Source: a virus
DNA length: 64,000 nucleotides
Direction: 5' to 3' (one strand)
Virus record (IMG/VR): IMGVR_UViG_3300022468_000627
Location: 1 to 64,000 of that record
Shown: positions 42,612 to 50,953 of the stretch, in pieces
Layout: each line of letters begins with the position of its first letter
Numbering within the stretch: the stretch's first letter is position 1
Made by a program: the position numbers and the translations under genes
The notes under the pieces: model-generated
Told to the model about the DNA's origin: nothing
Database searches by the model: none
The model's input: the letters and a program-made list of their open reading frames with translations, nothing else

Positions 42612-43226
42612 TTATCCGGTGACGACGTCCACGACGCCGCCGGCGGCCGCCTGGGCCCGGGCGGTCACCTTGATCTTGTCGTTCTCGACGGTGGCGGCCA
42701 CGGCATCGACGCTGCGCACCCGGTAGTCGGACAGGATGGTCGCCTTGGCGTACTCGGCCGCCAGCAGGCTCGCGGCTGGGCCGTTGATCTTGCCAATCAG
42801 GCGGTAGAACAGCGAACCGTAGTCGGGGTGGCGCATGGCCTGGCCGCGCGGCGTCACAACGCGGTGCTGCAGCTGCTGGCACAAGTTGGCCGATCCGCTG
42901 ACCACCTCGAAGTCTCCGCTCTCGCTAGCGCGCAGCTGGCGGTCGGTCATCAGGCAGTCGCGCTCGAACACGCGGCCGGTGTCGGCCGAGCCCTCAAACA
43001 CGCCGACAGGCGCCGGGATCTTGATGAAGTCGCCGGACTGCAGGACGCCATCGGCCACGCGCGCCGGGTCGTCGGTGATGAACGGCCACGACAGGTTGTT
43101 GACCCACACCAGCTCAGGCCAGCGGTTGGCGTCACCCAGCTCGCGCGCCGCGATGCGCGGCATGTCGTCGCCGTACTCGGTGGCCGCCAGGCGAACCGGC
43201 GGCATCTCGCGGCTGAACACGGTCAT
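42612..43226 (-). CDS. LysM-like + gp25/gpW-like baseplate wedge protein
   Basis: N-terminal YGDDMPRIAARELGDANRWPELVWVNN is LysM-like. The C-terminal LCQQLQHRVVTPRGQAMRHPDYGS ... DYRVRSV is gp25/W-like. Confidence 0.6.
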   Translation of the reverse strand: MTVFSREMPPVRLAATEYGDDMPRIAARELGDANRWPELVWVNNLSWPFITDDPARVADGVLQSGDFIKIPAPVGVFEGSADTGRVFERDCLMTDRQLRASESGDFEVVSGSANLCQQLQHRVVTPRGQAMRHPDYGSLFYRLIGKINGPAASLLAAEYAKATILSDYRVRSVDAVAATVENDKIKVTARAQAAAGGVVDVVTG

Positions 43227-44392
43227 GCGGAGACCCCCGAGACGATGGCGGACACGTTGCGCTCGACCTCGGCCAGCGGAAGCGGCGCCAGAACGGGGTC
43301 GGCGTTTTTCACGGCCTTGACCGAGAACAGCGCCGAGCTGGTGATGCTCACCGAATTCTGGGTCGGCAGCATGAGCTGAAAGACGTTCAGGCCAGCGTAG
43401 GGGCTTGGCGGCCGGCCGCCCGTGGTGCTGGAGCAGTTGGACGCGCCGTAGAGGTCGTCGTACTGCTCGTAAGGCGTGCGCGGCCGCAGCGCGTTCTGGA
43501 AGATGCAGACGACCTGGTTGTAGGCGGCTGCGATGCGGGCCGCCCGGACCTTGATGTCGAGCGGCAGGTTCAGCACCGACTGCACGGTGCGGAACAGGTT
43601 CAAGCCGACCTGAGCCATGTCGCGGGCGAGCTCGATGGCCTGATTGGCGATACCGGTCGCGAAGTTGGTGATGCCATTCACTACGGTCTGCACCGCCGTG
43701 AACACGCGCGTGGACATGGCCAGGAAGTCTTTGACCAGCGAGCCGATGTTCGTGCTCACGCCCGGGGGCAGGACGGAGGCCGGAAGCCCGAAGCCGTCGC
43801 CCTGGTTGGCGATCTCGTCGGTGGCCGTGCCCAGCGCGGTCATGCCAGCGCCGGAATTGCCGTACTCAGGCACGGTGATGACAGGCACGTCGACCGTGGT
43901 CGCCAGGGCCTGCAGGGTGATGTTGTACTGGAACAACAGGGGGCGCGACTTGGAGCGCCGCAGCTGGAACTGCATGGGCACGACGGACCATGCGAAGTTG
44001 TCCAGGGCGTCCACGAACAGCAGGCGCACGCCGGCCGGGTCGGCGCCCTGGTCGATCGCGAACTGCTTGGCGGCGTGGTAGTCCTTCTGCACCAGCTGGT
44101 TCAGCGCCTCGAACGAGCCGAAGCCGTCCATGCCCAGGCCCTGAGCGTAGCGCCAGCCGGTGGTTCCCGCGATCACGCAGGACGGCAGCGCCTCGCCGAA
44201 GTTGTCCACCCAGCCGGTGATGTCGCGCCCCATGGTCTGGTGCACGGTCGCACGCGAGCTTTCCGTCCGAGTCAGGTCCTCGGGCCGGATCGGCAGGGTC
44301 ACGGGCTGGCGGATCTGGCCCCGGTCATCGAGGATGAAGGTGATGGGTCGGACGCCAGCGCGCTGGTCCGTGGGCGCGGGTGCAGCGATCAT
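43223..44392 (-). CDS. Hypothetical baseplate protein (389 aa)
   Basis: The ATG lacks an SD and lies 6 nt after a junction-motif copy. Lies in the baseplate cluster. Confidence 0.55.
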   Translation of the reverse strand: MIAAPAPTDQRAGVRPITFILDDRGQIRQPVTLPIRPEDLTRTESSRATVHQTMGRDITGWVDNFGEALPSCVIAGTTGWRYAQGLGMDGFGSFEALNQLVQKDYHAAKQFAIDQGADPAGVRLLFVDALDNFAWSVVPMQFQLRRSKSRPLLFQYNITLQALATTVDVPVITVPEYGNSGAGMTALGTATDEIANQGDGFGLPASVLPPGVSTNIGSLVKDFLAMSTRVFTAVQTVVNGITNFATGIANQAIELARDMAQVGLNLFRTVQSVLNLPLDIKVRAARIAAAYNQVVCIFQNALRPRTPYEQYDDLYGASNCSSTTGGRPPSPYAGLNVFQLMLPTQNSVSITSSALFSVKAVKNADPVLAPLPLAEVERNVSAIVSGVSA

Positions 44393-44397
44393 GCGCC

Positions 44398-44415
44398 CAT
44401 TCTGGCGTCACGACA
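44398..44415 (-). promoter_or_regulatory. Junction motif copy (TGTCGTGAC-GC-CAGAATG)
   Basis: Starts directly after the spike-gene stop. The hexamer ends 6 nt before ATG 44392, with no SD. Confidence 0.55.
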
Positions 44416-45462
44416 TCAGCCCTTGTTCTCGTTGCCCGGCAGCGGGTCGCCCGTGGGCACGGTCTGGGCAATCGTGGTGTCGGGGCTCTGCTGCAGCTGG
44501 CCGTTGGCGTCGATGTAGAGGCTGTTGTTGCCAGGCAGCACCACGGACGACAGCACGTTGCCGCTGGCGTCGGTGTAGAGCTTGTCGCCGTCGGGCACCA
44601 CGGTGGTGACGGGGCCGTTCGGCGTGTCCACGGTGACCACGCGCTGGTTCTGCACGTAGTAGTTGCCGTTGCCGTCCCACTGCACCAGGTTGCCGTAGGC
44701 GTCGCGCTGGGGCACGAAGGTGTCGCCGCCGCCCGAGCCGCCCCCGGTCCCGCCGCCGTCGCCGCCACCATCGCCAGAGCTGGGCGCGTTCTTGAGCGAG
44801 CCAGCCACCGGCGGGCCGGACGTGTCGCCGCCCTTCTTGACGCCCGAGTGGGTATGGGTGGTCAGGCTCACGCCGCCGGCCACGACGTCGCCGCTGACCA
44901 CGACCTTGCCCGTGATCGTGACCACGCCGCCCTTGATCTCGAACACCACGCCGCCCAGCGACATGCGCATGGCGACCTTCTTGTCCTTGTTGCGGTCGAG
45001 CTGCAGGGACTCGTCGAAATTCTTCTTCTCCAGGTCCTCGTGGGCCAGCTTGTCCTCCTCGGCGATGCGCACGAAGGCGCCGCTGGGGTGGTACAGCTCG
45101 ACGTTCCCGTTGCCGTCGATGGTGGTGTAGACGTCGGACTGGTGGCGGCTGAAACGCCGCTGCTTGTCCTTGAACGTCATCTGGCTGATCTGGGGGTAGA
45201 GGAACCCGACCACGATCGGGTTGCCACGCCCCATGAAGCCCACCAGCACCTCCATGTCCTGGCCGTCGCGCTGGGTGATGTCCCACTTGTCGCCGGTCTT
45301 CTTGACCTCGGGCAGGTCCACGCTGCCGCTGCGGGCGCTGGCGCTCTGCGCCATGATGGGCACGCCAGTGAGGCGCGAGCCGTCATCGCACATCACCAGG
45401 TCGCAGCTGTGATCCTCGGGGTGGGTGGCGACCACGATCGCCTTGCGCAGCCCGGCCATCAT
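44416..45462 (-). CDS. Baseplate central spike (P2 gpV / Mu gp45-like)
   Basis: OB-like N-terminus, GGVSLTTHTHSGVKKGGDTSGPPV motif and a Gly-rich C-terminal extension. Confidence 0.75.
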   Translation of the reverse strand: MMAGLRKAIVVATHPEDHSCDLVMCDDGSRLTGVPIMAQSASARSGSVDLPEVKKTGDKWDITQRDGQDMEVLVGFMGRGNPIVVGFLYPQISQMTFKDKQRRFSRHQSDVYTTIDGNGNVELYHPSGAFVRIAEEDKLAHEDLEKKNFDESLQLDRNKDKKVAMRMSLGGVVFEIKGGVVTITGKVVVSGDVVAGGVSLTTHTHSGVKKGGDTSGPPVAGSLKNAPSSGDGGGDGGGTGGGSGGGDTFVPQRDAYGNLVQWDGNGNYYVQNQRVVTVDTPNGPVTTVVPDGDKLYTDASGNVLSSVVLPGNNSLYIDANGQLQQSPDTTIAQTVPTGDPLPGNENKG

Positions 45463-46982
45463 CAGAGCAGCCCCAGGTTGTCATCGGCCCGGCGCGACTG
45501 CTCGATCAGGTAGGGCGAGCCCTCCATCGAGGCGCGCGTGGCGAAGCCTTCGCCGCGGTCAAATTGCAGCGTGGTGGTGTAGGACTGGAGCGGCATGAAT
45601 TCGTGGTCGATCTGGTGCACGTAGGCCATGTAGCGGATGTTGCCCTCGATGAAGACGCCATAGTCGCCGGCCTTCATGAGGTCGTTGACGCCGTCCACGC
45701 GCTCGGGCCCGCCCTTCACCACGGCGGCGCCCTGCTCGTAAATGACGTTGTCCTTGTTCATTTCGGACATGATGCGGCGGCGCTTCTCGATCCAGCTTTG
45801 CTGGAGCGCGCTGCGTGCCTCATGCTCAGTTTTCGGTAGGCTCGGGCCCATGTTGGTGATGGTGTCCTCGCCCTGTTGGCTCTCGGCATTCATGGGCCGA
45901 GCGCCGTAGTATTTTTTCGCGGCGTTCGGGTAGTCCTTGATCGAGACCGACCCCTCCTGCAGACCGAACAGGCGCCGCACTATGTCGTCAATCAGGTCAA
46001 ACTTGCTGTTGTTCACCCAAAAGTAGTTGGCCACGTTGGCGTCGGAGCGCGTGGCGTTCATCGACTTGATCATGTGGTCCTTGATCAGCGAAACGCCCGG
46101 AATGGGGGCGTCGTCCTGGATCTTGGCTGAGGCCCGGGTGGCGGGCGTGGACAGCAGGAACGCCGGGATGGGGCGGTACACCAGATGCACGCCATCCTCG
46201 CGGTCCTCGGTGTAGAGCTCGTTCCAGACGCCCACGTCGCCGTGAAAGCGCATGATGTCGTAGATCGAGCCCTGGCTGTTCTGGTAGCTGTTGTTGACCA
46301 CGCCATGTGCCACGGTGACACCATCCCCTACGGTGATCTGCCGGGGCACAAGCGACCAATCGGGCATGAAGCCAGCCAGGTGAGGATTGATGATCCTGTC
46401 GATCATGCGCCGCATGAATTCGTTCGCAGGCAAGGTATTGACGGCCTGCACCCCCAGGTCCTGCCACAGGCTGTAGTTGGTCAGCAGCGGGACCCCATCG
46501 ACGTAGTTCGTCATGTAGAGCACCTGGTAGGTCTGCCAGATTTTCCCGAAGTCCTGCCCGACCACCGCCACGGTGCGCTGCGGCCGCCCGTCGTCGCCCT
46601 GGATGCGCTGGCGCGTCACGTTCGACACGAAGCCCCGCATCACGATCGGCAATTGTGCAGGGCGCGGCCCCAGGCCGCCCCACATGCGGATCTCAATCAC
46701 GTCCATAGGCTCGATCAGGCCGTACACCGTCTCCAGCGTGCCATCGCTCCACGATGAGCTGGCAGCATCGGCGAACGAGATCGAGAACGCGCCGGCCGGC
46801 TGCCGCACCGACTTGGAGGTGCGCACCGATGAACCAAGGCTCAGGAATGGCGTCAGGTCGATGAACGGGTCTTTGCCCTGGTACCGGCCTGACACGGCCC
46901 AGTTGCCGTCCAGGGACTCGCGGCTGATGGTTTTGAACAGCCGGACGGACAGGTCGGGCTTGGCTTCTTGTGCGTATGGCAT
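45462..46982 (-). CDS. Hypothetical tail hub / distal tail protein (506 aa)
   Basis: Lies immediately downstream of the tape measure and is ATGA-coupled to the spike gene. Confidence 0.55.
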   Translation of the reverse strand: MPYAQEAKPDLSVRLFKTISRESLDGNWAVSGRYQGKDPFIDLTPFLSLGSSVRTSKSVRQPAGAFSISFADAASSSWSDGTLETVYGLIEPMDVIEIRMWGGLGPRPAQLPIVMRGFVSNVTRQRIQGDDGRPQRTVAVVGQDFGKIWQTYQVLYMTNYVDGVPLLTNYSLWQDLGVQAVNTLPANEFMRRMIDRIINPHLAGFMPDWSLVPRQITVGDGVTVAHGVVNNSYQNSQGSIYDIMRFHGDVGVWNELYTEDREDGVHLVYRPIPAFLLSTPATRASAKIQDDAPIPGVSLIKDHMIKSMNATRSDANVANYFWVNNSKFDLIDDIVRRLFGLQEGSVSIKDYPNAAKKYYGARPMNAESQQGEDTITNMGPSLPKTEHEARSALQQSWIEKRRRIMSEMNKDNVIYEQGAAVVKGGPERVDGVNDLMKAGDYGVFIEGNIRYMAYVHQIDHEFMPLQSYTTTLQFDRGEGFATRASMEGSPYLIEQSRRADDNLGLL

Positions 46983-46985
46983 GGC

Positions 46986-49841
46986 TTATCGGCGGTCGGA
47001 AACGTCGGGCTGGGGGGCGGTGACGCGGGTCTGCAGTTCCTGGCGCGGAGCCACCTCGCGCCCAGAGCTGTCCTTGTGGACGATGTCCACGCGCAAAGGG
47101 TCAAACGACACGGCCGAGCCACGGCCCCAATTTTGGCCATTCGGGACTTCGGGCAAAGGGGTGCCCGTGTAGTTTTTCTTCGCGGTCTCGACCATCTTGC
47201 GGAAGGCATCCCAAGAGTGTTTCCCTTGGTTCGGGCTGCTGCCGGTCGGCAGAGATTGCCACTCGTTACCCATACCCGGCTTTCGCGCGGCCCCCTCAAA
47301 GTCACCGTTGAGCACCATGTCCAGGACGCCACGCTGACGAAGCGTCTCAATGAACGCCTTATCCTGAGACTCAGGCGAGAAATCCGTGAGCCCTAGCTTC
47401 GCGGCCAGGCCGCGCCATGTGCGGTTGACGAATTGGTACCGGCCGGCGGCCGTGCTCGGCCCATCGGCGGTGACGAGCCCCACTTTGTTCGGGTGCTGCC
47501 CCAGGTCGGTGATGGCCTTGTTGAATTTTCCCTGGCCCACGAGGGTGTTGTAGTTCGCCCCTTCGGACATGGCGACCACGTCCGAAAAGATTTTCAGGTT
47601 CTTGCGTTTCTCGGGGTCAGCGATGTCGGACATGCTGGACGCCATAGGAACGGAGCTCCCAGCGCCATTCGGCGTCCCCGCCGCGGCCGCTGTCGTAGCT
47701 GACTGGCGCGCCGCGTTGATCCGCCCAGGCAGCGCCTGTTCCTCGGTCTTGATCCTGCTGTCGCGATCCGTCTTGGCGGCGTCCATCTCGCCGTCGATAC
47801 CCTTGAGGCGTTCTTGGATCTCGCCCCGGCGCTTGTTGTATTCCTCCTCGCTGATCTGCCCCATGGCCCGCTTGCCACGCAGGCCGCGCTCCTCGTCGAG
47901 CAGGCCGGTGCGCTCGTCGCGCAGCTTCTTGCGGGTGCTCTCGTAGCCCGAGTGGATGCCGCTGATAGCGTCCTTGCTCTCAGCGCGGGCAATGTCCTCC
48001 ATGACCTGGGCGGGCGTCTTGTCGCCCTTGCCGGCCAGGTGCAGGATGCCCTTGCGAATGTCGAGCAGCGCCGGCACGGCGTAGTCGGCCATCTTGGTTT
48101 TGATGTTGTCGAGGGCCGCCCGGCTGTCGCGGATCTCCTGGCCCTGCGTGCGCTCCTGCTCGTACTGGGCCGACAGCTTGGCAAGGACGCTTTTCTGGTC
48201 CTCGGCGCTGCCCTTCATCGCCTTTTCGAGCTCTTCCTTGTCCTTCTGGCTGACGTCGGAGCGGCCCCGGAACTGGTCGGCCAAGGCCTTGCGGTCGTCG
48301 TCGGTGCCGGTCACGGCCTTCGACAGGTTGAGCAGGCCCGACGCATTCATGCCCTTCATGTCCCCGGCGTACTTCTGCAGCTCGCCCATCTCGTTCGGCT
48401 TGAGCGACAGGGCCGCCATGGCCTGGTTCATGTTCAGGCCGGTGTGGTTCGCGAAGGCGTTGGCGCGCAGCAGCTTCTGGCTTTCGGAGTTGCCGGCGTA
48501 CTTCTCCTCGATCAGCTTGCGGGTCTCGTCGTAGAAGGTGCTGGAGCCCGTCGGGCCGGTCTGGCCCATGTACGCCATGTAGGGGCTGGCCTTGCCGTTG
48601 CGGTCAAAGCCAAACATCTGGTCCTTGGTGGCGAACATGCCGCCCTCGCGCAGGACCTGCATCTGCAGGGGGTCGAGACCCATGCGGTTGGCCACCATGG
48701 AGGTGAAGAACTGCGAGGCCTCGCCCTTGGCGCCGCCGGCCGACAGCGCCGCGTTCATGCGGCCCAGCATGGAGGCTGCGCCCGTGGGGTCCATGCCGGC
48801 GCGGCCGCTGCCGACCATGGCCGAGAACATGCCGCCGTAGCCCTCGACGTTGGCCGCCGTCAGGCTCTGCCGGGTCTGGGCCGTGGCGAAGTTGCCGATA
48901 GCCTCCATCACCTCGTCGGCCTTGGCGAAGGCGTCGCTCTTGGCGATGGTCTCGCCGATCAGCAGCGCCATGCGGCGGCTGTCCTGGGTGTCGCGGGTGA
49001 CGCCGACGCCGCGCATCTGCCCCAGGAACCCAACTCCCTGCGAAGGGTCCAGGCCGAAGGCTCGCGACATGCCCACGCCCAGGCCAAGCTCCTCGGGCAG
49101 CGACTTGTAGCCCTGGCCGCTCAGGTTGCCGGACTTGGCGAACTGCTGCGCAAGGCCAGCCGTCTCGTCGTAGGTGAGGCTCAGGCCTTCGCCGGTCTTC
49201 ATGACCGCCGTCTTAAGGCCGATGAACGACGCCTGCACATCGCCCAGCGTCCGCTTGAGGCGGTCGTAGGCGATATTGTTGTTCTCGGCCTTCTCGATGT
49301 TGTCGGCGATGGCGCCCACCAGCTTGCCAGCGCCCAGGGCCAGCATGCCCCCCATGAGCCCGGCCATGCCCGCGCCGAAGCCGGACGACATGCCGGTACC
49401 GATGGCATTGGCCGCCACGTTGCCGACCGGGCCAGCGGCCCGCAGCCCGGCCTGGGCGGTGGTGGCCGCCAGGCCCTTCGGGGTGTGGCGCCAGTTGCCC
49501 CCCTCCTCGGGCTCTGCCGACTGCCCACCGGTCTGCATGTACCGGTCGATCTGGGCCATCTTGCGCTTGTAGGCCCCGGGGTTCGGGTACATGCGCTGGA
49601 AGTCGGTTTCCTCAAAGGACCGACCTTCCTGCTTGGTGTCCCGCTGCCGGCGGGCCATCTCGCGATCCAGTTTCAGCAGGGTCTGGAACAGCTCGTTGAC
49701 GCGGCTCACCGACTCCTTGCCGACAGGGTCGATCTTGCGCTTCCCGACCCGTTCGAGCGTCTTCTCCAGCTGCTGGGCGGTCTGCTGCGCGCCCTGAGCA
49801 TTCAGCTTGGCCTCGACGCCAATTTCCATCTTGTTCGACAT
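46986..49841 (-). CDS. Tape measure protein with C-terminal lambda-lysozyme-like (GH104-type) domain
   Basis: 951 aa with a helical, Gly/Ala/Met-rich middle. The C-terminal SEGANYNTLVG...STAAGRYQF...FSPESQD...WQSLP resembles the lambda R transglycosylase fold motifs. Confidence 0.85.
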   Translation of the reverse strand: MSNKMEIGVEAKLNAQGAQQTAQQLEKTLERVGKRKIDPVGKESVSRVNELFQTLLKLDREMARRQRDTKQEGRSFEETDFQRMYPNPGAYKRKMAQIDRYMQTGGQSAEPEEGGNWRHTPKGLAATTAQAGLRAAGPVGNVAANAIGTGMSSGFGAGMAGLMGGMLALGAGKLVGAIADNIEKAENNNIAYDRLKRTLGDVQASFIGLKTAVMKTGEGLSLTYDETAGLAQQFAKSGNLSGQGYKSLPEELGLGVGMSRAFGLDPSQGVGFLGQMRGVGVTRDTQDSRRMALLIGETIAKSDAFAKADEVMEAIGNFATAQTRQSLTAANVEGYGGMFSAMVGSGRAGMDPTGAASMLGRMNAALSAGGAKGEASQFFTSMVANRMGLDPLQMQVLREGGMFATKDQMFGFDRNGKASPYMAYMGQTGPTGSSTFYDETRKLIEEKYAGNSESQKLLRANAFANHTGLNMNQAMAALSLKPNEMGELQKYAGDMKGMNASGLLNLSKAVTGTDDDRKALADQFRGRSDVSQKDKEELEKAMKGSAEDQKSVLAKLSAQYEQERTQGQEIRDSRAALDNIKTKMADYAVPALLDIRKGILHLAGKGDKTPAQVMEDIARAESKDAISGIHSGYESTRKKLRDERTGLLDEERGLRGKRAMGQISEEEYNKRRGEIQERLKGIDGEMDAAKTDRDSRIKTEEQALPGRINAARQSATTAAAAGTPNGAGSSVPMASSMSDIADPEKRKNLKIFSDVVAMSEGANYNTLVGQGKFNKAITDLGQHPNKVGLVTADGPSTAAGRYQFVNRTWRGLAAKLGLTDFSPESQDKAFIETLRQRGVLDMVLNGDFEGAARKPGMGNEWQSLPTGSSPNQGKHSWDAFRKMVETAKKNYTGTPLPEVPNGQNWGRGSAVSFDPLRVDIVHKDSSGREVAPRQELQTRVTAPQPDVSDRR

Positions 49842-49849
49842 GGCAGTGG

Positions 49850-50438
49850 TCAGGTCAAAGGTTCAAAATCGTCCGGCATCGGCTGCCCGGGGCGGAAGCC
49901 AGCCAGCTCGGCGGCCACGTTGTTCTCGTCAAAGTCGGGGTCCTCAAACTCCTCCTTGGCCTTCGGATCGTCGTAGAACGTGTGCATCCAGAAGTCCTCA
50001 AGCATGTCCTCGATGGTGGCATCCAGGAATCGCGGGTCGGTTCGGGTGAGGTTGTACTTGCGGCGGAACCAGAATTCGACTGTCTCGGAACCGTTACGCG
50101 CCGCTTGCTTGCACCGCCAGTCCCTTTGCTTGACGAAAAGAGCGCTCCTTTGCTGTCAGCGCGTCGTAGACGGCGTTCAGCTTGGCGTAGGTCTCGGGGT
50201 CGAGCGGGTCCAGCTTGTCCAGGTCCCAGCCGTCCGGCGCCTCGACGGTGAGCACGCGCAGGGCCGACAGCCAGCCGCCCATGGTCATGAGCCACACAGT
50301 CGGCTCGACGCCCTGCAGGATCTTGGCGTACTCGCGCTGGATCGCGATCTCGTCGCCCATGGTGCGCTTGCCGAACACGAAGCAGCCGATGTTCTCGACC
50401 GGGATTTCAAAGTCAGAGGAGGCAGGGGTGCGGGACAT
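49850..50438 (-). CDS. Tail assembly chaperone recoded (frameshift) product, G-T analogue
   Basis: The +1 frame downstream of the chaperone stop encodes ETVEFWFRRKYNLTRTDPRFLDATIEDMLEDFWMHTFYDDPKAKEEFEDPDFDENNVAAELAGFRPGQPMPDDFEPLT. Third positions are G/C-rich. There is no in-frame ATG/GTG/TTG before residue M of EDMLED. It ends 8 nt before the TMP ATG. Confidence 0.5.
50094..50438 (-). CDS. Tail assembly chaperone (114 aa)
   Basis: Lies between the tube and the tape measure. Acidic small protein with an AAGGAA SD. Confidence 0.7.
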   Translation of the reverse strand: MSRTPASSDFEIPVENIGCFVFGKRTMGDEIAIQREYAKILQGVEPTVWLMTMGGWLSALRVLTVEAPDGWDLDKLDPLDPETYAKLNAVYDALTAKERSFRQAKGLAVQASGA

Positions 50439-50459
50439 AGGGTGTTCCTTGGATGATGG

Positions 50460-50493
50460 AAAAAGGCCGCGCGACCCGAAGATCAGCGCGGCC
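50460..50493 (-). terminator. Intra-operon terminator/attenuator between tube and chaperone genes
   Basis: Minus strand: a GGCCGCGC...GCGCGGCC stem followed by TTTTT. Confidence 0.55.
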
Positions 50494-50495
50494 TA

Positions 50496-50514
50496 CATGA
50501 TCGCCTCACGACTG
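50496..50514 (-). promoter_or_regulatory. Degenerate junction motif (CAGTCGTGAG-GC-GATCATG)
   Basis: Lies between the tube stop and the attenuator hairpin. A weak match. Confidence 0.25.
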
Positions 50515-50518
50515 CGCG

Positions 50519-50941
50519 TTAGGCGCCGGTGCCGGTCACATCAAGGGCCATGAACTGGGCCGAGCTCACCACGATCTGGTGGGCCTGGATGTCGATGTCG
50601 CCAGAGGCGAACGAGCAGCCCTTGTACTTGCGCAGGAGCTTGCCGTCGGTCTTGGCGTACACCTCAAAGTCGAACACCAGACCCTGCAGCACGGCGTCGC
50701 CGTTCTCGGGGGTGATGCCGACCGCCTGCATGTTGTCCTTGATCAGGACCATGTTCTGCACGCTCAGCGAGTGGCGCGCCATGGTGGGCACGTACTCCTG
50801 CACGTGGATGTCGCCGATCCCCGAGGCGGGATCCGGGCTGTAGTCGTCGCTGGCGCGCACCGAGCGGATCATGCCCACCTGGCGGCCATCCAGCAGCACG
50901 ATCGTGGTGTTGCCACTGCGAACCTTCTGGTTTTGCTGCAT
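50519..50941 (-). CDS. Tail tube protein
   Basis: 140 aa, immediately after the sheath gene. Beta-rich. Confidence 0.75.
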   Translation of the reverse strand: MQQNQKVRSGNTTIVLLDGRQVGMIRSVRASDDYSPDPASGIGDIHVQEYVPTMARHSLSVQNMVLIKDNMQAVGITPENGDAVLQGLVFDFEVYAKTDGKLLRKYKGCSFASGDIDIQAHQIVVSSAQFMALDVTGTGA

Positions 50942-50953
50942 TTAATGCCCCTT

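Noticed and set aside
47814-49976. 720-aa plus-strand ORF opposite the tape measure gene, and similar ORFs 57427..59748 (+) and 9869..11308 (-)
   Set aside because: These show shadow-ORF composition (G/A/R/L/V/H). The opposite-strand genes fit the operon structure, with coupled starts and stops.
50121-50127. A canonical -1 frameshift at A_AAG_GGA as the chaperone recoding site
   Set aside because: The -1 frame is open but encodes R/S/T/P-rich sequence with lower third-position G/C. The convincingly coding downstream frame is the +1 frame. It is kept only as an alternative, pending computation.
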